A DNA stretch of 64,000 nucleotides from positions 501,560 to 565,559 of the forward strand of contig NW_019217790.1 in NCBI RefSeq assembly GCF_002571385.2, given 5' to 3'. The position numbers and the translations under genes are program-made. The notes beneath the pieces are model-generated. The model saw nothing but the letters and a program-made list of their open reading frames with translations. It had not been told where the DNA came from and made no database searches. Positions 57,235 to 64,000 of the stretch are shown in pieces. Origin of the DNA: Stylophora pistillata. Its lineage: Eukaryota. Positions within the stretch are counted from its first letter, which is position 1. Every line of letters starts with the position of its first letter.

Positions 57235-60200
57235 ATGGCAGCCTTATTTCCTTCTGAAAGAAGCACTAAAGATGTTATAAATTCGATTTTAGATGATTAT
57301 GAAAAATTAACTAAGTACTTTCCTTTTTATATAATTTTTTTATCTGTTATTCTGCAGCGTTTCTAATGCGACGAATTCTGTTATTTTACAAGATCAATGT
57401 TGTTTTATAATCGCGACAGGTTGACTAATGCTAAGTTACATCCGCTTTTGTATGTAGAGAACTATTCGAAAGTTTATCTGCAACTTCATTGTATCGAAGA
57501 ACAAAGCAAGATGCTAGTTCAGGAGAAACAGCAAAGGTAAACTGTTTTATCATGGAACAGAGAATTAACTCTGAAAGTAAATTAAAGTGCTAAATCAAAC
57601 CCATGAAAAACCCACTGAGCGTTAGCCCCAGTAAAGGGTATCAGGGAACCACACGAGGTAAAGAAAAATTCTTGTGACCTCCCACCGAGGTCACAAGAAT
57701 TATTTCTTTACCTCGTGTGATTCCCTGATACCCTTTACAAGGGCTAACACTCAGTGGGTTTTTCATGGGTTTCATTTAGCACTTTAATTTACTTTCAGAG
57801 TTAATTCTCTGTTCCATCATTTGTTTTATCATGGGTTGACTTCATACTTCATCAGACACAATTACAAAGGAAAGGGTAAGGTGATAACTGGACTCAAAGG
57901 GTTTTTTTTTACTTTGCATTTGTGCCATAGGCTGTTGATCAGCTTATTTCAAAGGAGAAAGAACTACAAGCAGCTATTGAGAAAGTTCAGGAGCAGCAAG
58001 CACGACAACAGGAAATCCAAACTGTGAGAGAAGAAATTTCAAAGAAAGATCAGGAAATACTTAACCTTGAATCCCAGCTAAAAGAAGCTGAAAAAATATT
58101 GGTAGGTAAAGGAAAAACAAACCGGTGTAAAGGGAAGGCATTGTATCATAGAACATGATACTGAGAATCAGAATGATCTGTCTAGTGTCTCAACTGAGTC
58201 CCTGAGGGCTTGCTGATAGTTTTCTCAATTCATATTTACCTGCAGTCAGCATTAATTATATATTGTGGAAAAGCTAGGGCAGTAGTTCTCCCTCCCCCAA
58301 TATATATCACAACTCACCACTGACCCAAATGGCTCACTCTTTGAAAATATTAAGGAAGTTTGACACTTACATAACATGTTTATATTCAGTCCCAGGCATT
58401 ATTTCAAGCAAAGAAAAAGTTGACTGCGATAAATCAGGCCAGTAAAGGTAAACAGACAAGCTTACTTGAAATGTTAAGGAATTTTATAGTTTAATGTTGT
58501 TTTTTTTTGTTTAATATTTATTTATTTTGCAAACAAAGGTTAAGGTGACAGGATATCTAAGAGAGAGAGAGAGAGTAAAAAATTAGAGTGGACAGAGAAT
58601 CTAAACAAGTTTTATCCACTTCCTCTGACTCATGAATTGATGTGTTAGCGTCGCATTCAAAAGTGAGCCCTCTAAACCCTTTCACTCCGAGCAGAAACCA
58701 AGACATCTTATTTTCTCAATACAATGTCAGTACAAAATCAAACAGACAAGTGATTATAATATAGAAAATATTAATAATGGATAGCAGATAATCTTTATTT
58801 GTACTCACATTCATACTTGCTCTAAGCAAAAAAGTTACAAAATTGAAAGAAATTTTTAGAAAAAAAAAATGGAGTACTAGCAGCCTGCAATAACCATAGG
58901 GGCTAGCGGTGCCAGGCAGCTGGTTAACATCAGCATTAAATAAAATTAAATAAAATTAAATAAGGAGCTTATCATTTAATCCAATGCAAAATCCCCAGGA
59001 CTAGAATAGTAAACAGTGTATGGCGGACAAGAAGGAGAGTTACTGAGATAACTTGGGAGAGAAAGGGATTAATCTTAAATCTATGCTATCTTGAAAACTT
59101 GACATTGTAATCTCAAATTCTGGTTTATGATACAAGTTAGAGAGATGTTAGACCATAACCTCAGCAATATAATTTATGTCACAGGGTTTGCCTCCACCCA
59201 AAGATTAACACAGAGTGATTCATGAACACATTTGTAAATAGACTAATTTTTGAACACGACCTGTCATAATTACATAATTTAATTTTGGCCATAGTACATT
59301 ATTGTAATTTTTCATTACACATCGTTTATGTAACATAGAATATGTATCTTTTATCTAATGGTTTATTAAAGACTTCAAAAAAATGTTGACAAAATAGAAA
59401 CAACTAAGAAATACAAATAAAATTTATTATTTTTTATGACAATATGACCTTTCATTTTAACAAGGAATGGTTTCATCTGAAGACTTGATCAAGTATGCTC
59501 ATCGAATCAGTAGCAGTAATGCTGTTGAGGCCCCAGTATCTTGGATGCCAGGTTTGTTTAGGTCATGCTCTGTAACAGATTAATTTCCTTTTATTTCTTG
59601 TTTGACAGTTTAGGGGAATTCATTTCTTTATTTTTTTTGCTTTGAACACTAAAAGTTCAAATTGTGTCCTGTTATCCTATCATTTTCTTTTCTTTTCTTG
59701 CACTCAGCTTTTGCAAAACTTAGGTGGTAATCTGAAGGTCACACAGTGCTTAGAGCTTTTTTCAATTTCTGTAGCGTGATGTTTTACAGGAGTATTGTTA
59801 CTTTTATGGCATGGAGTATTAATCTATCCCAGCTTACCATTTAACTTTCCCTGAAAATCATATGATGCTCATTTATGCTCCAAAACAATGACCACAAAAA
59901 GGCTCAATCCTCGGACCTTTTTTTTAAAGTTCAGTTCCAAAGGCCAAGATAGACTGCTGAATATATTTACATGTCCTGTTGTAACTGTTCACAGGTGACC
60001 CCCGGAGGCCATATCCTCAAGATATTGAGATGCGATCTGGTTGGCTGGGGAGACTCATGGAGGATGTTCCTAGAGAAACTGAAGGACCTGGCAGTGATCT
60101 TTCAACTCCCCAGGAAGTGGTGCAGTCCTCTGCCCCTGCATCACAAATACTGCAGCCTGCTGGTGGGCTGGGTAAGACTGAACAAAAATTGCACTCGAGG

Positions 60201-61323
60201 GAATTTTTCATTATTCATTTCATTAAATAGTTAAATAACTGAATTAAAGTTTTCCATTCCTTTTTATAAGGCCTCACAAATGGTCAAGCAGCAGCATTTT
60301 CCTGGCAAAGCCAGCTTCCAGGAGGGCAGTCTGCATCTTTACAGGTGAAAATTTGTTGTCTCAAACTCATTCATTATTATTGAATCTTTAACAGAGGAAT
60401 TACAACCATCTCAATGTTGTGGATATTTAATAATGCTTGTAACAATTGTTCTTCTCTGGAGTATGAAGACCTAGGAAGCATAACACTCTCTTTTGGCATT
60501 GTAATTACATGAAAAAAAAAAAAGATTAAAAATGAACACATTTCTCTACCGATCCAAACTGGTGGGAGGTCAACCAGTTCGTTATTTACAAAGTGTAGCA
60601 AAGATGTTGAAACCAGGATATTTTGGAAACGAATCCACTAAGTGGTAGAGTGAAGGATGTGATCTTTAGATCTTCCTAAGATCCTAAATCACCTTTTGAT
60701 GCTGCTTGCACCTGGAAAACACAGTGGCAATACTCAGTCACCTCATTCTACCAAACTTTAGATAAGCTTAGGGTTTGTTGGGAGTGAGGGGAGGGGTGAA
60801 GTTTGACTGCAGTACATATATCTTATTAACCAAGCGCGAGGGCCGTACTGGGGGAATATCGGCCTGAGGTCTTGACAGTATGGACCGAGCGCAGTGAGGT
60901 CCTTACAAAAAAGACCGAGGGCCGATATTCTTCCAGTACGGTCCCAAGCAAGCTTGGTTAATAAGAGATTTATTACATGACTGAAGTTCAAAGGGACACA
61001 AGTGCGGTATCATTCGGGACCATTCAGGACAGTGCCGGGTCCAATACTGAGAGAATATTGACCAGCACTGGAGCGTTTTGATTGGTTGATTTTAGTTATT
61101 AGCCCTCTGACTTCCTGAGTCGTGTAATAAATGTTGTTACTTATTTACTTATTTTTAATAAACAAAAAAAGTTCTTTTTTCACAGCAAGATGCGTCTTCC
61201 AATTTGGATATCCTAACAAACAATCTGACAAAGGAAGTAGCCAATGGCAGACAAGAACAAGGTGTGGATGAAGTAGAATTCATGTCATCATCGTCATCAT
61301 CATCTTCCAGCGACAGCCCATAA
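57235..61323 (+). CDS. MED4: Mediator of RNA polymerase II transcription subunit 4 (about 8 exons)
   Basis: ATG at 57235; exons encode [47 protein letters not shown]|[18 protein letters not shown] and end [17 protein letters not shown]. Confidence 0.94.
57552..57817. repeat. Fold-back inverted repeat (~128-bp arms, 5-nt spacer) in MED4 intron 2
   Basis: ATGGAACAGAGAATTAACTCTGAAAG...CTTGTGACCTC-CCACC-GAGGTCACAAG...CTTTCAGAGTTAATTCTCTGTTCCAT. Confidence 0.92.
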
Positions 61324-61547
61324 CAGCTGACTCTGTAAATCATAACTAAAAAGAAATCTATAAAGGATCTGTTCAAAGCTGTGGCTATTCAGTGGAGAGC
61401 TGATCATGATTTATAACCTAGCTCAGCTTCCTAGGTCTAAATGTAACCTTTTCCCTTTTTTCAAAATATGACTGGCTCTCCTGTGTCTTTGGTTATATCA
61501 ACTAAGTAATTAGTTATATCAACTAACTAACTTTGGTTATATCAACT

Positions 61548-62186
61548 NNNNNNNNNNNNNNNNNNNNNNNNNNNNNNNNNNNNNNNNNNNNNNNNNNNNN
61601 NNNNNNNNNNNNNNNNNNNNNNNNNNNNNNNNNNNNNNNNNNNNNNNNNNNNNNNNNNNNNNNNNNNNNNNNNNNNNNNNNNNNNNNNNNNNNNNNNNNN
61701 NNNNNNNNNNNNNNNNNNNNNNNNNNNNNNNNNNNNNNNNNNNNNNNNNNNNNNNNNNNNNNNNNNNNNNNNNNNNNNNNNNNNNNNNNNNNNNNNNNNN
61801 NNNNNNNNNNNNNNNNNNNNNNNNNNNNNNNNNNNNNNNNNNNNNNNNNNNNNNNNNNNNNNNNNNNNNNNNNNNNNNNNNNNNNNNNNNNNNNNNNNNN
61901 NNNNNNNNNNNNNNNNNNNNNNNNNNNNNNNNNNNNNNNNNNNNNNNNNNNNNNNNNNNNNNNNNNNNNNNNNNNNNNNNNNNNNNNNNNNNNNNNNNNN
62001 NNNNNNNNNNNNNNNNNNNNNNNNNNNNNNNNNNNNNNNNNNNNNNNNNNNNNNNNNNNNNNNNNNNNNNNNNNNNNNNNNNNNNNNNNNNNNNNNNNNN
62101 NNNNNNNNNNNNNNNNNNNNNNNNNNNNNNNNNNNNNNNNNNNNNNNNNNNNNNNNNNNNNNNNNNNNNNNNNNNNNNNNNNNNNN
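61548..62186. other. Assembly gap (N run)
   Basis: N characters. Confidence 1.
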
Positions 62187-63494
62187 TGAGTCTCTTAGTA
62201 TCGCAGAAATAACCTGCTTAAATTTTAGTAAAACAGGTTTTTAAAAATGTAAAGTGAAGAAGGATTTTTTTCCCTTTTTTTCGTTACTTGTTTTGTTTCC
62301 CCCTTTGACGCAGCACCACAGTTTCTTCAGAAACTTACTCCCTTTAATCATTATGTTTTTTTACGTGTACGCGTATGTTGTTACGTGTACTTATCGATCG
62401 ATTTTTCCGTTTTCTGGAAAACTTGCGCTGTTGATGGATATATGCCAAGTCTATTGTCAACAATTTTGAAGTACTCTGTGTACTGCAAAAACTTGATACC
62501 CGCAGGCATGAAAGAAAGGTGTGCTCTCTCGCGTAGATTTCTCAGAGAAAGCCGTTGCATATCAAAGTTCATGAACATTGCATTTAAGTTATCATGAAGA
62601 GTTAACCTTTGATAACAGTGAACCAAGATGGGCTAAATTGTCGATGAGAACTTTCCACCTTGCAAGAAATGCAGCGATATTTTTGAGGCAACATTTACTT
62701 CAAATGCTGTGGAGAGAACACACCCCGAGAACCTGTTGACAGCTTCTGATCGATCGTTTATCAGTTTATTGTGTCTATTGAAATCTTTGTGCTCTCCAAA
62801 TCAAAGGCAGAGGCCCTACAGAGTGGAGCCTAAGAGAATATATGTTGTGTCAGTTTTCCAAATAACTGAAGTGAGGCATTCATGAAATGCACTCCGCCTG
62901 ATAAACACGTGCTACATTATGGGGTGGGATACCATATTAAGTGTTTATACTTGAGAATTGTCATCGAAAAAACTAATAATCTATTCTTGCATTTTTAAGT
63001 TGTTTGGTAAGGTGGAATGATTATTAAAAGGAAAATGACTCGCCGAGATGATATTTTATCTTTCAAATCCTTGGATTTTTTCCTTACAATGATTAAATAT
63101 AAATGTGAAAAACACTGCAGCCTGTTACTGTAACAGTTTTTCCAGTAAAATCTCTCTTTTATTCCTAATTATTCTTCAAATTCAGAATTTCTTTTGTTCT
63201 CAGCGGGGAAGATGGTGACGCAGACACCAAAGCTTTCAACCCTTTCACTTACAGAGCCACAGTCGACTCATCTTTTGCACGTGCGAGGCGACGTGTTATT
63301 GAAAATCAACTTATCTAACAATGGAAACCCCTTTCATCTGACGGCCTTGCGAACCTTAGAGTCTGGTTGCAATTTCTAGGTGGTCAGACTAAATCAACTC
63401 AGATTAAATCAATGAAACGTCATCTTTTCTATTCGTTACGGTGGCCAATTTACTATTTCAACTTAGTTGATATAACCAATTACCTAGTTACCCG

Positions 63495-63938
63495 NNNNNN
63501 NNNNNNNNNNNNNNNNNNNNNNNNNNNNNNNNNNNNNNNNNNNNNNNNNNNNNNNNNNNNNNNNNNNNNNNNNNNNNNNNNNNNNNNNNNNNNNNNNNNN
63601 NNNNNNNNNNNNNNNNNNNNNNNNNNNNNNNNNNNNNNNNNNNNNNNNNNNNNNNNNNNNNNNNNNNNNNNNNNNNNNNNNNNNNNNNNNNNNNNNNNNN
63701 NNNNNNNNNNNNNNNNNNNNNNNNNNNNNNNNNNNNNNNNNNNNNNNNNNNNNNNNNNNNNNNNNNNNNNNNNNNNNNNNNNNNNNNNNNNNNNNNNNNN
63801 NNNNNNNNNNNNNNNNNNNNNNNNNNNNNNNNNNNNNNNNNNNNNNNNNNNNNNNNNNNNNNNNNNNNNNNNNNNNNNNNNNNNNNNNNNNNNNNNNNNN
63901 NNNNNNNNNNNNNNNNNNNNNNNNNNNNNNNNNNNNNN
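63495..63938. other. Assembly gap (N run)
   Basis: N characters. Confidence 1.
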
Positions 63939-64000
63939 AAGTTCATGAAGATTGCATTTAAGTTATCATGAAGAGTTTACCTTTGATAACAGTGAACCAA

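Noticed and set aside
61533-63948. ORFs made of X residues
   Set aside because: Artefacts of the N gaps.

Overview
Eukaryotic, AT-rich, intron-rich animal DNA. The repeat families and gene set suggest a stony coral (Scleractinia); that assignment is inference. Recognisable genes, left to right: DTYMK (first two exons, -), SMCO4 (-), a 5-exon single-domain ACE/peptidase M2 (+), a 1595-aa intronless coiled-coil gene (-), a probable non-coding snoRNA-host transcript (+), a large uncharacterised multi-exon gene (-), RPL35A (-), an 844-aa intronless TSNAXIP1-like gene (+), a three-copy cluster of intronless EXD1/Egalitarian-like DEDDy exonucleases, TAF9 (-) and MED4 (+) head-to-head. Each exonuclease copy carries a C-terminal Stc1-like C4 zinc finger: one copy is a LINE-disrupted pseudogene, one is soluble and one has a C-terminal membrane anchor. 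Interspersed are CR1/L2-type LINE remnants, tRNA-derived SINEs, MITE-like repeats, a Neptune-type Penelope GIY-YIG remnant and several hammerhead-ribozyme-bearing Penelope-type termini, plus two N gaps. Best candidates for new biology: (1) the exonuclease/Stc1-finger paralog cluster; (2) two intronic box C/D RNAs complementary to U2 snRNA (predicted Cm28 and Am30 guides); (3) inverted hammerhead pairs; (4) an ACE with Ser at the chloride-binding Arg position. All assignments were made by eye; no database searches were run.
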